This document shows, in pieces, positions 47,960 through 58,353 of a DNA stretch of 64,000 bases. The notes beneath the pieces are model-generated. The model was not told the origin of the DNA. It worked only from the letters and a program-made list of their open reading frames with translations, and ran no database searches. Within the stretch, counting starts at the first letter, position 1. Each line of letters begins with the position of its first letter. The position numbers and the translations under genes are program-made. Origin of the DNA: Candidatus Poribacteria bacterium (GTDB taxonomy: Bacteria > Poribacteria > WGA-4E > WGA-3G); contig OZ240248.1 of NCBI GenBank assembly GCA_965198235.1, forward strand, positions 448,001 through 512,000, in the 5' to 3' direction.

Positions 47960-48796
47960 ATGGAAACCACTACGACACTTGATTCACTCTTTCGATTATC
48001 TGGTCCGTCGCAGGCGGATATCGATTCTTTTCATAACGATGGCTACATCGCGTATCCAGATGTGTTCACGGACGACGGCAGAGAAGGATTGATTGAGGAA
48101 ATCACACAGCGTTTTGAACCGACACGTCAGTTCATTGAGGCATTGAATAATGGTAACCAACAAGAACGCTCTTATTTTATTCGTCCATGGAACGATCGCG
48201 GTGCCTACAGCGATCAGCTTATCGACGACCCTTTCATTACGGCACTGATACGCGCAACTATCGGTGACGCATACCACTTCTGCCACTCTGCGCTCAACAT
48301 CGCACCCCGTGGTGTCGGTCCACTTGGATACCACCAGGACCATCACCATTGGAAGCATGAGAACCCTGTTAACCTCGTGGAACGCGATAACTACTATATA
48401 CAGATTCTGTACTACCCGAACGGTTTTACACGCGGCGATCGGAATCTCAAAGTTATATCGGGCAGCCATAAGGTTGCTCCGACAAAAGAAGCGACACCCG
48501 AACGGATGCTTGCAGGCGATTTCGACGGAGAAGCTGGACGTAAACTGGAAGAGAAACGGCTTGAATTGCCACCGGGCAGCATGGTCTACATTAATGCCCG
48601 CATCTTCCACGGAGTAGAAACGAAGCCTGTGGACTCACCGCAACTCTATCGTATCTTCGCTATTGACATTTTCAAGGAAGCGGGGCCGCCGCACCGCTAC
48701 ACGCAAGAAATCCCGGCGGAATGGATCGAACGCGCTTCCCCAGAACGTAAGAAGCTGTTTATTCGCGACGCTTATACAGAAGGGTGTTGGAAGTGA
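47960..48796 (+). CDS. PhyH family dioxygenase
   Basis: YHQDH, L.VI.GSH, PGSMV.IN..IFHG. Confidence 0.85.
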   Translation: METTTTLDSLFRLSGPSQADIDSFHNDGYIAYPDVFTDDGREGLIEEITQRFEPTRQFIEALNNGNQQERSYFIRPWNDRGAYSDQLIDDPFITALIRATIGDAYHFCHSALNIAPRGVGPLGYHQDHHHWKHENPVNLVERDNYYIQILYYPNGFTRGDRNLKVISGSHKVAPTKEATPERMLAGDFDGEAGRKLEEKRLELPPGSMVYINARIFHGVETKPVDSPQLYRIFAIDIFKEAGPPHRYTQEIPAEWIERASPERKKLFIRDAYTEGCWK

Positions 48797-48937
48797 TACC
48801 ATCCACTACCTAAAGGTAGGGAATTTGACGGAAAGCGTGTTAAACTCGCTACACAAGATTTTTTTAATGACTCCTGTGATTCTATTGACTTAAATCACTG
48901 TTTGGGGTACAATCGTTGCCAAAAACAGGGAGTCATA

Positions 48938-50548
48938 ATGAGCACACCAGATCGCCCGAACATTCTTTGGATATCTTTAGAGGATACGACCCCACGCTTC
49001 GGTTGTTACGGGGATACGCTTGCGCGGACACCGAATATTGACCGACTTGCTGCTGGCGGCTGTCGGTTTCCGAATGCGTTCTCGACTGCTGGTGTCTGTG
49101 CACCGAGCCGCTCCGCGATCATTACCGGCATGTACCAGACCTCCATTGGTACGCATCACATGCGCACCGCCCATACAAATCAAAACACGCCTGACATGCC
49201 GACCCCATATTCTGCAGTTCCGCCACCCTATGTCAAGACCTTTACTGAATATCTCAGGGGTGCGGGCTATTATTGCACGAACAACAGCAAGACCGATTAT
49301 CAGTTTACACCGCCAATCACGGCTTGGGACGAGTGTAACAACACTGCGCATTGGCGAAATCGTGAAGCGGGGCAATCCTTCTTTTCGGTCTTCAATCCGA
49401 CTGTAACGCACGAGAGCGGTATGTGGGAACGGGAGGATCGCCCGTTGACCACAACTACGAATCCGGATGACGTGCAGTTACCGCCCTATCTACCGGATAC
49501 ACCAAAAGCACGGCAGGCGTTGGCACGTCAATACGATAATCTCGCCACCGCCGATGCCCGCGTCGGTGAGTTGCTTGATCAGTTGGAAGAAGATGGACTT
49601 GCGGAGAACACGATCGTCTTTCTCTGGAGCGATCACGGCGAAGGACTTCCTCGCGGCAAACGGTGGCCCTACGACGCTGGTATTCGTATCCCGTTGATTG
49701 TGCGCGGGCACGATTCGCTTTCTGCTGGCAGTTCCAGTGAGCAGCTCGTGAGTCTGATTGATCTCGGTCCAACGGTGCTATCACTTTGCGGCGTGCAAGC
49801 ACCGGAACACCTACAGGGACAACCCTTCCTCGGACCGGAGAAGATGGAACGCGACTATATCTTCGCGACCCGCGACCGTTACGACGAATCTTATGATATG
49901 GTCCGTGCTGTGCGTGACAAGCGGTATAAATACATCAGAAATTATTATCCTGAAAAACCGTATCTGCTCTGGATTCCCTACCGTAATCGCCACCCGATCA
50001 TGCAGGAGATGTGGCGGTTGTATGCCGCAGGCGAGTTGGAAGGTGATCAGGCAGTCATGTTCCGTTGTCCGCGCCCCGCTGAAGAACTTTACGATGTTGA
50101 AGATGACCGGTATGAACTCAACAATTTAGCAGCGGATGCTGAGCATCAAGATGCCCTGGAACGGATGCGCGGCGCGTTGACGCAGTGGCAGTCCGAATTT
50201 GGAGACATGGGGGATATCCCGGAAGAGCAGATGGTCGCGAAGTGGTATCCTGATGGTACACAGCCACAAACGGCGGCTCCGATTTTTATTCCGATTAACG
50301 CCGAACATCCCGGTATGGAGGTAACCCACGAGGATGGCGAATGGGCGGCTCCGCTTGTTTTACAACTTCACTGCTCCACGCAAGGCGCGTCTATCGCCTA
50401 TACGATGGAGCAAGGGGACGATGCACGTTGGCAACTGTATACCGACCCACTGCGTCTATCGAAAGGCGAAACCGCCGTGCGCGCAAAAGCGATCCGCATC
50501 GGCTATCATGAAAGTGAAGAGAAAACGATTCATCTCAAAGTTTCATAA
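48938..50548 (+). CDS. Sulfatase with C-terminal Fn3-associated/chitobiase-type domain
   Basis: PNILWISLED, CAPSRSAIITG, SDHG; tail L.CSTQGASIAYT...LYT.PL...VRAKAIRIGY. Confidence 0.93.
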   Translation: MSTPDRPNILWISLEDTTPRFGCYGDTLARTPNIDRLAAGGCRFPNAFSTAGVCAPSRSAIITGMYQTSIGTHHMRTAHTNQNTPDMPTPYSAVPPPYVKTFTEYLRGAGYYCTNNSKTDYQFTPPITAWDECNNTAHWRNREAGQSFFSVFNPTVTHESGMWEREDRPLTTTTNPDDVQLPPYLPDTPKARQALARQYDNLATADARVGELLDQLEEDGLAENTIVFLWSDHGEGLPRGKRWPYDAGIRIPLIVRGHDSLSAGSSSEQLVSLIDLGPTVLSLCGVQAPEHLQGQPFLGPEKMERDYIFATRDRYDESYDMVRAVRDKRYKYIRNYYPEKPYLLWIPYRNRHPIMQEMWRLYAAGELEGDQAVMFRCPRPAEELYDVEDDRYELNNLAADAEHQDALERMRGALTQWQSEFGDMGDIPEEQMVAKWYPDGTQPQTAAPIFIPINAEHPGMEVTHEDGEWAAPLVLQLHCSTQGASIAYTMEQGDDARWQLYTDPLRLSKGETAVRAKAIRIGYHESEEKTIHLKVS

Positions 50549-50562
50549 GGAGATTACTAATA

Positions 50563-51657
50563 ATGGCGCAACAGAACAGCCAAGATTATTTCGTTTATGT
50601 CGGGACCTATACACACGGAGATAGCGAAGGGATTTACGTCTACCGCTTAGACGGAGCGACTGGTGCCTTAGCATATAGCAGCAAGATGACAGGCATTGAG
50701 AATCCATCGTTTCTGGAGATACACCCGAGTGGACAGTATCTCTTTGCTGTCAATGAACTGGGCGAGTTTGAGGGTGAAGATAGTGGCGCGGTCACAGCGT
50801 TTTACATTCATAAAGAAACAGGGGAGATTAGTTACCTCAACCAACGTGCTACCGGTGGTGGTGCTCCGTGTCATCTGAGCGTGGACGCTACCGGCAAATG
50901 CCTGCTCGTGGCAAACTACGGAGGTGGAAGCGTTACTGCTTTCCCCATAGCGTCGGATGGCAGGCTCGGTGAAGCCTCGGATTTTGTGCAGCATCAGGGA
51001 TCCAGCATCAATCCGCAACGGCAGATGGAACCTCACGCACACTCAATTATGATCGACCCGGGCAATCGTTATGCCTTTGCACCTGATTTGGGACTTGATA
51101 AAGTTCTCATCTATCAATTAGATGCGGAAAACGGAACGCTCACGCCTAACACGCAACCGTGGGCACGCGTGCAACCGGGCGCGGGACCGCGGCATTTCGA
51201 TTTCCATCCGAACGGACAGTACGCATACGTGATTAACGAGATAGATTCTACTTTCACTGCTTTTCGGTACGACGCGAGCGCGGGAACGCTGGCTGAATTC
51301 CAGACAGTCTCCACGCTTCCCGAGAATTTCGATGGCACCAGTCATTGTGCCGATATCCACGTTCATCCTTCTGGAAAATTCTTGTACGGGTCGAACCGGG
51401 GACATGATAGCATTGCGATTTGCACGATTGATTCAGAGACGGGAATGCTGAGTCCCATCGGTTATGAGTCAACGCAAGGCCAAACACCGCGGAATTTCGG
51501 GTTGAATCCAGAAGGGACGTTCCTTTTTGCCGCTAACCAACAGACCGATACGGTTGTCACGTTCGCAATTGACGCTGAAACTGGCGAATTAAATGCGACA
51601 GGAGACGTAGCAGAGGTGCCGGCACCGGTCTGTTTGAAGATGCTACCGTGTGCTTAG
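50563..51657 (+). CDS. pgl: Lactonase, 7-bladed propeller (6-phosphogluconolactonase family)
   Basis: YVGTYT, ANYGGGSV, PHAH, GAGPRH, SNRGHDSI, PRNF. Confidence 0.9.
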   Translation: MAQQNSQDYFVYVGTYTHGDSEGIYVYRLDGATGALAYSSKMTGIENPSFLEIHPSGQYLFAVNELGEFEGEDSGAVTAFYIHKETGEISYLNQRATGGGAPCHLSVDATGKCLLVANYGGGSVTAFPIASDGRLGEASDFVQHQGSSINPQRQMEPHAHSIMIDPGNRYAFAPDLGLDKVLIYQLDAENGTLTPNTQPWARVQPGAGPRHFDFHPNGQYAYVINEIDSTFTAFRYDASAGTLAEFQTVSTLPENFDGTSHCADIHVHPSGKFLYGSNRGHDSIAICTIDSETGMLSPIGYESTQGQTPRNFGLNPEGTFLFAANQQTDTVVTFAIDAETGELNATGDVAEVPAPVCLKMLPCA

Positions 51658-51668
51658 TTTTTACGACG

Positions 51669-51694
51669 ACGGGCGGCGTTCCCTGCCCGCCCGT
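51669..51694. terminator. Hairpin between convergent genes (probable bidirectional terminator)
   Basis: ACGGGCGG-N10-CCGCCCGT. Confidence 0.6.
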
Positions 51695-51714
51695 TATACA
51701 CGCGGTTTTTTACG

Positions 51715-53313
51715 CTATTGGCGTTGCTGTCTACGTTTCTCTTGAAGCTGATCCCACGGGTAGATGAAACAGCGATCTGTCCAATCTTGATAAAGCCCAA
51801 CGAGCTCCTTTAGTTTTTGTGGATGCTTGGCAGCAAGATTGTTGATTTCTGTCCGTTCGGCTTCCACGTCGTAGAGTTCCCAATCGCCGGGGAACTTGCA
51901 AACCAGTTTCCATTTACCTTGGCGGACTGCACAATTGCCTTCGTGTTCCCAATAAAGAACCTCTTTACCGTTATCCTTCCCATCGAAAATCGGTACTAAG
52001 CTTGTTCCCTCTAACGGCAAAATCGGTTTCCCGTTGTGTTCTTCAGGGTAGGTTGTCCCTGAGACATCAAGGCATGTTGCCATGATGTCCGGTAATTGCC
52101 CGGGTTGATGGCGCAACTCTCCCGCCGATCTTATAGCATCTGGCCAATGTGCAATCAGCGGCGTAGCTATACCGCCTTCATGCACCCAGTGTTTGTATTC
52201 TCGGAACGGTGTATTGGACAGATTTGCCCACGGCACGCCGTAACTCTGATAGGTGGTCTCGGGCCCGGGCATGATGCTGGGATCGTTGCCACGATAGATG
52301 GGTTGTCCGTCGGAGGTCGTCTCAGTACTGATGAGTGAATCGCTGTCGCGTATTGCGGGAGGTCCTCCGATTTCTTCGGCACAACCGCCGTTATCGGCTA
52401 AAAACAGGATGAGTGTGTTGTCGAGCTCGCCGGTCTCTTCCAACGTGTTGATAATTCGTCCAATACCTGCATCCATACGGGTGATTTGCGCTGCGTAAAC
52501 CTCCATACGGCGTTGATTCCATTCCTTGTACTGCACATCGCTCCAAGGTGGCTGTGAGGGATCACGTGCCGTGAGCTGCCATGCTTCGTCTAAAATTTTC
52601 ATTTCCCGCATCCGTGAGAGCCTTTCTTCTCGGAGCTCGTCCCATCCAGCGGCGAAACGTCCATTGTAGTAGGCGATGTCTTCTTCGTGCGCGTGCAGGG
52701 GCCAATGCGGCGCAGTGTAAGCGACGTAGGTGAAAAACGGGCGGTCAGGGTTCTTTTCGGTGTGATTACGGATAAAGGTCGTTGCTTCGTCGCTGATAGC
52801 ATCTGTGAGGAAGTAACCTTCAGGGAGTTCGTCGTGTTGGATACGTGTGTTATCGCGCGTCAGAGTGTTTGGTTTCCAAAAATTTGCAGCACCGGTGATA
52901 ATACCGTAGTACTGGTCGAACCCACGCTGGCAGGGCCAACTATGCTTGGGTCCATCAGCACCGGTATGCCGAGAGATATGCCACTTGCCGCTCATATAGG
53001 TGCCGTAACCTTCTGAACGGACAGCATCAGCAACGGTGATACAGCGATCGTTTAGGTCGCCACGATAGCCTTCTAATCCATCGTCGCCCATCATGTGGCC
53101 TACCCCAGTTTGGTGCGGATGTAGCCCGGTAAGCATGGAGGCACGGGATGGACAACAGCGTGCGGTGTTGTAAAATTGTGTAAACCTCAGCCCACCTGCG
53201 GCAAGCCGATCCAGATTCGGGGTGTGAACTTCGCCGCCGTAGCAACCTAAGTCAGAGAAACCCATATCGTCATTCAGGATGAGGACGATGTTCGGTTTTC
53301 TATTTTCATTCAT
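51715..53313 (-). CDS. Arylsulfatase
   Basis: PNIVLILNDDMGFSD, CCPSRASMLTG, GKWH, APHWPLHA. Confidence 0.94.
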   Translation of the reverse strand: MNENRKPNIVLILNDDMGFSDLGCYGGEVHTPNLDRLAAGGLRFTQFYNTARCCPSRASMLTGLHPHQTGVGHMMGDDGLEGYRGDLNDRCITVADAVRSEGYGTYMSGKWHISRHTGADGPKHSWPCQRGFDQYYGIITGAANFWKPNTLTRDNTRIQHDELPEGYFLTDAISDEATTFIRNHTEKNPDRPFFTYVAYTAPHWPLHAHEEDIAYYNGRFAAGWDELREERLSRMREMKILDEAWQLTARDPSQPPWSDVQYKEWNQRRMEVYAAQITRMDAGIGRIINTLEETGELDNTLILFLADNGGCAEEIGGPPAIRDSDSLISTETTSDGQPIYRGNDPSIMPGPETTYQSYGVPWANLSNTPFREYKHWVHEGGIATPLIAHWPDAIRSAGELRHQPGQLPDIMATCLDVSGTTYPEEHNGKPILPLEGTSLVPIFDGKDNGKEVLYWEHEGNCAVRQGKWKLVCKFPGDWELYDVEAERTEINNLAAKHPQKLKELVGLYQDWTDRCFIYPWDQLQEKRRQQRQ

Positions 53314-53505
53314 CGAATAAGTACCCTTTTGTTTGCAAAATTGGTGTTGCTTTTGGTGATACAGTATGTTACTATAAATTGGAAGAAATCCACTTAAAAA
53401 AAGATATCTAACCTGAAAATACACAGTAGCCATAAAAGCGTAAACGCTTTATTAAACAGAGCGTTGCAAGACTCATAAATGCCTCACAGATTTCCGGAGG
53501 TAAAA

Positions 53506-54108
53506 ATGATTGCAAATATGATTACACTCTTCCGTCTGATACTGGTTTTTGTTGTGATCTCCCTTTTTGGAGTTCATGTCTACTTAGACATTCTGCTTGT
53601 GGGACTAATAGGTTTAATCCTATTTCTTGACGCAGTTGACGGTTACGTTGCTCGACGACTGAACCAGGCTTCTGCTTTCGGTGCGTTGTTCGACATAGTT
53701 GGCGATCGGATTGTCGAATGTATCTTCTGGGTATACTTTGCCGTTATTGGATTGATTCCGTTCTGGATTCCAGTTATCGTAATTGCTCGCGGTTTTTTCA
53801 CAGATGGTTTGCGAAGCGCCGCTTTTGCGCAAGGCAAAACCGCTTTTGGTGAAAACACGATGATGTCCTCGAAATGGACCCGTGCGCTCACCAGTTCACG
53901 AGCGAGCCGTAGTATCTATGGTATCACGAAAACCCTCGCCTTTCTTTATCTCGGTGGTGTCATTGCACTCAAAAACTCAGGTGCCTTTCCCGAATTGGTC
54001 ATCGGGCTGGAATTGGCAGGCGTGATTCTATCTACCGTGGTTGTTGCCATGTGCCTAATTCGCGGGCTCCCTGTTTTGGTTGATGGCTGGAAATACGTCA
54101 AGGGTTGA
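53506..54108 (+). CDS. CDP-alcohol phosphatidyltransferase
   Basis: DAVDGYVARR....SAFGALFDIVGDR signature. Confidence 0.92.
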   Translation: MIANMITLFRLILVFVVISLFGVHVYLDILLVGLIGLILFLDAVDGYVARRLNQASAFGALFDIVGDRIVECIFWVYFAVIGLIPFWIPVIVIARGFFTDGLRSAAFAQGKTAFGENTMMSSKWTRALTSSRASRSIYGITKTLAFLYLGGVIALKNSGAFPELVIGLELAGVILSTVVVAMCLIRGLPVLVDGWKYVKG

Positions 54109-54186
54109 CGCTATTTTACTGTATCGTTTCTTAAGCCCATTTTCTTGTGATAAGGACGATCCAGAACGCTGAAGATCAGAGAGTTG

Positions 54187-56916
54187 TCATCGCCTTGACA
54201 TGCGACTGTAGCTACCCATATTTAGCAACAAATGACTTCCATCTTCACTCGCAAGTGAAATAAAAAGCAATTTTGCCGCTGGATATGCAACTGCTGGGAG
54301 TATCTTATTTTTAAGGGTAAACATAAGTCGATAGGTGATGGTATTCTCAACCTGCCTATACTGTCGAGTAAATTCTGCGCTCTCCATGGTATGATGGCTG
54401 TCTTCCGGTAGAGCGGCGCTCCATCCGTCTGGAATCTGAATACGAATCGTTTTCTCAACTTGCGTTGGATAACCGAAGTCCAATGAATAGACGCGTTGGT
54501 CGTGAGCGAACGCTTCAGCGTACTCCCCAAATTCATCAATTGGTAAAGGCATCAACATGTTGTTGCTTAAAGGTGTTGCGTAATTCTCAACGCGAAAACC
54601 GAGTCTAATTTCCACCGGCACATTGAGTTCATTGAGGTCCGACATCTCGTGCCATACTATCTGAATACCGGGAAATTGTTGGCTGAGTTCAGTCGCCAAA
54701 GTGGCTTTCACCGCACGAGGCTGTATTTGTTGATATGCCCACCGCGTATTTAGATCGTATTGACCGCTTGTCTGAATGTGGAGTGTCCCTTCTACAGTGC
54801 CTTGATTGTTTAGGGTCAAATCTGTCGTGCTCACAAGCCTATTAGATTCGGATGGGAAAACAGGTGTTTTCACAAATTCACCGTGCGTATCGGAAATGAG
54901 AAATCCTGTGCGTTCTTGCGTGTTATAAGGTAGGTCCCCGTAACTACAAGTCGCCGAGGTGGGATCTAACCAAATATAGGTATTTGCTCCAGTAGGGATT
55001 GCGGCGATCATGTGATTAAATTGGCTAAGTGCCGGGAGTGCCGTGTCAATCCGCTCGTAGGGTGCGAGGCTAATCAAAACCGGATAAGCCTTGATCCCGA
55101 CCAGATCCAACATTGAAATCAGGAGTGTCGTTTTATCCTTGCAGTCGCCGTATTGCATTTGAAAGACTTCAGCGGCAGGTGAGGGTTGATAAGCACTCTG
55201 CCCAAGTTCAATACCAACGTACCGGATATTTGTAGCGACAAAATGGTAGATGGCGCGTATCTTTGCCTCTTCTGTCGTCAGATTTTGGGTTAACTGTTGG
55301 ACTTTTTCCTCAATTTTAGCATCCGGTGTGTATCTCCCTTTCGCGAGTTCTTTATACCACATGTAAACATCGTTCCAGCCGGCAATTGAAGAATAGCGCA
55401 AGCGTGGGACGATGTCATTAACATGTGGCATGCCTTCCTCTATTGTCAGTGCGGGTGTTTCGCCATACCTCCAAATATACACAACGGTGTCGTTTTCAGT
55501 GTAGGACACCTCAGGTTCTTGCGCGTTTGTGTTTGAGGTGTCGTTAGCAATTTTCCATTGAAGATGCCATGCCTTGGGTATTTGAAGGGCGTAACTCGTC
55601 TCAAGTGTAGCTTCTGTTGCTTGGAAATTGTATCCCCCTGTGATCCATGTCTCGCCTCCAGGGACTTTATCTTCAAGTGTTACCTGATACTCAACGCAGA
55701 CTCCCGGTGCGAGACCGACCATGGAGATGACCTTCCACATCGCATCGGAATAAAGGTTTTGGGACAAGAGTCCAGGTGGTGTTGCATCGTTAAACGCCTC
55801 ATCGGGAGGGTGCAACACCGTGCCGTCCGCTGTAATTGTTCTTGCTATATTAACACCGATGTTTTGCGCGGTGGGTTGGTAAGGAATGGCAATATCGCCG
55901 TATTTTTGTATACCTCTTTCGGTGAGGATTTTAACGACTTGATGCGTTGTATAACGCGACTGCCCTGTCGGCAGGACATCGTGGCTAAAATGGCTGAAAA
56001 GGACTAAGGTATCGGCATCAGGATAATCGCTTGCGTCTGAGGCATTCGCGATAATACGCTCAACATCCGGATTGAGAAGCGTAACGGGCGGCACATCAAC
56101 AATTTCTGTCGGCCCGAAGTCTTGTCGTGCGAGGGCTTGGAGCCGCGTTAAGGCAAGGAGATTGTCTGGGTCAATTTCCAAAATCTGCTGGTATTGGAGC
56201 TGCGCCTCAAAATAACGCTGCTGATTCTCATAAAGTGTGGCGAGTTGTTCCCTTGCCCAATTGTCGTTTGGGAATAACCGAATCGATTCCCGTAGTTCTG
56301 CGATAGCTTCACCTATTTCACCGCGCTCTAAGTAAATTAATCCCAAGTAGTTGTGCAAATTTTCGCTTTCGGGACGTTCACATCTCGGATCAAAAGACAA
56401 TGCCGTGTGGAGCACCTCAATTGCTTCGTCGAAACGTTGCAGCTGCTTATAGGCTAAACCGAGATGGTTTAAGGCATAGAGATTATCCACCGATATATTG
56501 AGAACTCGCTCGTAGTATTCAGAGGCGGCTATATAGTCATGCAATTTTTCAGAGATGTATCCGGCGTAGTTTAGAGCCGTGATATTATTCGGTTCCAGTG
56601 CTAAAAATGCTACAAATGCATCTCGCGCGTTTTCGTACTCCTCAAGTTGGAAATATATCTCTGCGATTTTGCGTTGTACTTCGCTTGAGTCCGGACGAAT
56701 TGCAACAGCGGTTTCGTAAGCGGTAAGCGCGGCTCGCAAGTTTTTGCGTTGTAGTTCAGCATTGCCAATCTCAACCTGCTCGTGCCACTCGCGATTCCGT
56801 TCGACAAGTGGATCGACTACTAACGGAGTAGACGAGATTTTTGGGAAAATTGCACATCCACCGATGATAAAAAGCAGACTTAAGACTAAAAGTGTGTTGC
56901 CTCTATGGAGCATCAT
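54187..56916 (-). CDS. Lipoprotein with TPR repeats, DUF3857 and transglutaminase-like domain
   Basis: Lipobox IIGGC; about 6 TPRs; IRYVG, GDCKDKT, FNHMI, WLDPT triad. Confidence 0.88.
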   Translation of the reverse strand: MMLHRGNTLLVLSLLFIIGGCAIFPKISSTPLVVDPLVERNREWHEQVEIGNAELQRKNLRAALTAYETAVAIRPDSSEVQRKIAEIYFQLEEYENARDAFVAFLALEPNNITALNYAGYISEKLHDYIAASEYYERVLNISVDNLYALNHLGLAYKQLQRFDEAIEVLHTALSFDPRCERPESENLHNYLGLIYLERGEIGEAIAELRESIRLFPNDNWAREQLATLYENQQRYFEAQLQYQQILEIDPDNLLALTRLQALARQDFGPTEIVDVPPVTLLNPDVERIIANASDASDYPDADTLVLFSHFSHDVLPTGQSRYTTHQVVKILTERGIQKYGDIAIPYQPTAQNIGVNIARTITADGTVLHPPDEAFNDATPPGLLSQNLYSDAMWKVISMVGLAPGVCVEYQVTLEDKVPGGETWITGGYNFQATEATLETSYALQIPKAWHLQWKIANDTSNTNAQEPEVSYTENDTVVYIWRYGETPALTIEEGMPHVNDIVPRLRYSSIAGWNDVYMWYKELAKGRYTPDAKIEEKVQQLTQNLTTEEAKIRAIYHFVATNIRYVGIELGQSAYQPSPAAEVFQMQYGDCKDKTTLLISMLDLVGIKAYPVLISLAPYERIDTALPALSQFNHMIAAIPTGANTYIWLDPTSATCSYGDLPYNTQERTGFLISDTHGEFVKTPVFPSESNRLVSTTDLTLNNQGTVEGTLHIQTSGQYDLNTRWAYQQIQPRAVKATLATELSQQFPGIQIVWHEMSDLNELNVPVEIRLGFRVENYATPLSNNMLMPLPIDEFGEYAEAFAHDQRVYSLDFGYPTQVEKTIRIQIPDGWSAALPEDSHHTMESAEFTRQYRQVENTITYRLMFTLKNKILPAVAYPAAKLLFISLASEDGSHLLLNMGSYSRMSRR

Positions 56917-56935
56917 TGTCCATCTCCTTCGGCGG

Positions 56936-57289
56936 TTAGGTGTCTGATCCTCGGTTTCTCAAAAGCTTAGGGTTTTCGCTGTGACGTTTTTTATCTCGGC
57001 GCGTCTTTTTTTCGATTGACTTTTTGAATGCATCCTCAAGTTTGATGCCTGTTTGATTCGCGAGACAGATAAGTACGAAAAGGATATCAGCCATTTCTTC
57101 ACCAAGGTCCAAGTCTTTCTCATTCTCCTTGAAACTCTGTTCCCCATACTGGCGTGCCATAATCCGCGCTAATTCGCCGACTTCTTCCATAAGGATGGTG
57201 GTATTGGTTAACTCTGAAAAATAGCGGACCCCAAAGGTGTGAACCCAGTCGTCTACAAGTTTTTGGCAATTCTCAAGTGTATAGTCCAT
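56936..57289 (-). CDS. MazG-like nucleotide pyrophosphohydrolase
   Basis: LMEEVGELAR, EEMADILFVLICLANQ. Confidence 0.92.
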   Translation of the reverse strand: MDYTLENCQKLVDDWVHTFGVRYFSELTNTTILMEEVGELARIMARQYGEQSFKENEKDLDLGEEMADILFVLICLANQTGIKLEDAFKKSIEKKTRRDKKRHSENPKLLRNRGSDT

Positions 57290-57482
57290 ATCAGTTTCGG
57301 CTCCATTGATGACTTATACTCAGGATTTACGGGGCGCGACAATAGAGTGCCTTGGAGGCATAGTAGTGCCCTCAAAGCGGTTAGGCGCAAAATCCAATTT
57401 TTAATATTTTAACAAGGTTTGCAAGATAAGTAAACCTTTTTTTCTCGGAGCGCGTTTAACCAGACAGTCAGGTGAAAATCCC

Positions 57483-57511
57483 TTGATTTTTCCGAACACT
57501 TGGTGTATACT
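57483..57511 (+). promoter_or_regulatory. Sigma70-like promoter
   Basis: TTGATT-N17-TATACT. Confidence 0.6.
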
Positions 57512-57612
57512 TTAATAGCATAATTTATTGGGGAGGCGAAATCGGTACCATTTAGTTTGGTGAGCCCAAGCCTGAGGTTATGGCGTGCTAAATGGAACTA
57601 AGGAGAAATTGT

Positions 57613-58353
57613 ATGGGACTTACGAGCAAAGAACAGCAATTTTACGTGGAAAACGGCTATTTCCTGAAAAAGGGGCTTGTCTCTTTAGAAGACATCGCGC
57701 GAATTCAGGAGGAGATTGAAGATATACACAACCGTATGGCAGAACAACCTGCTGATGGCATCGGTATTTCTTGGGAAGTCTACGATTCGGAGGACTATCC
57801 GCCGCGTATCAAACAGTTGATGCACAGTGAGTTGGTGAGCCCGACGCTGAACCGTCTGCTTCGTTCTGACGAAGTGTTGGATATATTGGAAGTGTTGATG
57901 GGTGAAAACATATCGCTCTATCATAGCAAATTACTTCCAAAAGCAGGTGGCGATGGGACGGCTATCCCGTGGCATCAGGACTACGCCTATTGGAAAAATG
58001 ATAACAACAAACCGGTTATGATTAATTGTCAATTGGCTATCAACGAGGCGAACCTTGAGAATGGGTGCATTCAGTTTGTACCCGGTAGCCATAATTGGGG
58101 TTTACAAGAGCATGAACGGAAACATCAGACCTTTGGAGTGTTTCTACCCGGTCACTATCAAGAACGGGAAGACGCTGTTGCTGTCGAGATGGAACCGGGG
58201 GACGCGGTCTTTTTTAATGCCCTGGTTATTCATGGATCTGCCCCAAATAATTCGGCGAACGACCGGCTGATGAACACGTTCGCTTACAATGTAACTGGAA
58301 ACGGTGAGACCCAATCTCGGGAAGTCTTGCGTGGGAAACCTCTTAGCGCATGA
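57613..58353 (+). CDS. PhyH family dioxygenase
   Basis: PWHQDYAYW, ENGCIQFVPGSH, IHGSAPN. Confidence 0.92.
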   Translation: MGLTSKEQQFYVENGYFLKKGLVSLEDIARIQEEIEDIHNRMAEQPADGIGISWEVYDSEDYPPRIKQLMHSELVSPTLNRLLRSDEVLDILEVLMGENISLYHSKLLPKAGGDGTAIPWHQDYAYWKNDNNKPVMINCQLAINEANLENGCIQFVPGSHNWGLQEHERKHQTFGVFLPGHYQEREDAVAVEMEPGDAVFFNALVIHGSAPNNSANDRLMNTFAYNVTGNGETQSREVLRGKPLSA

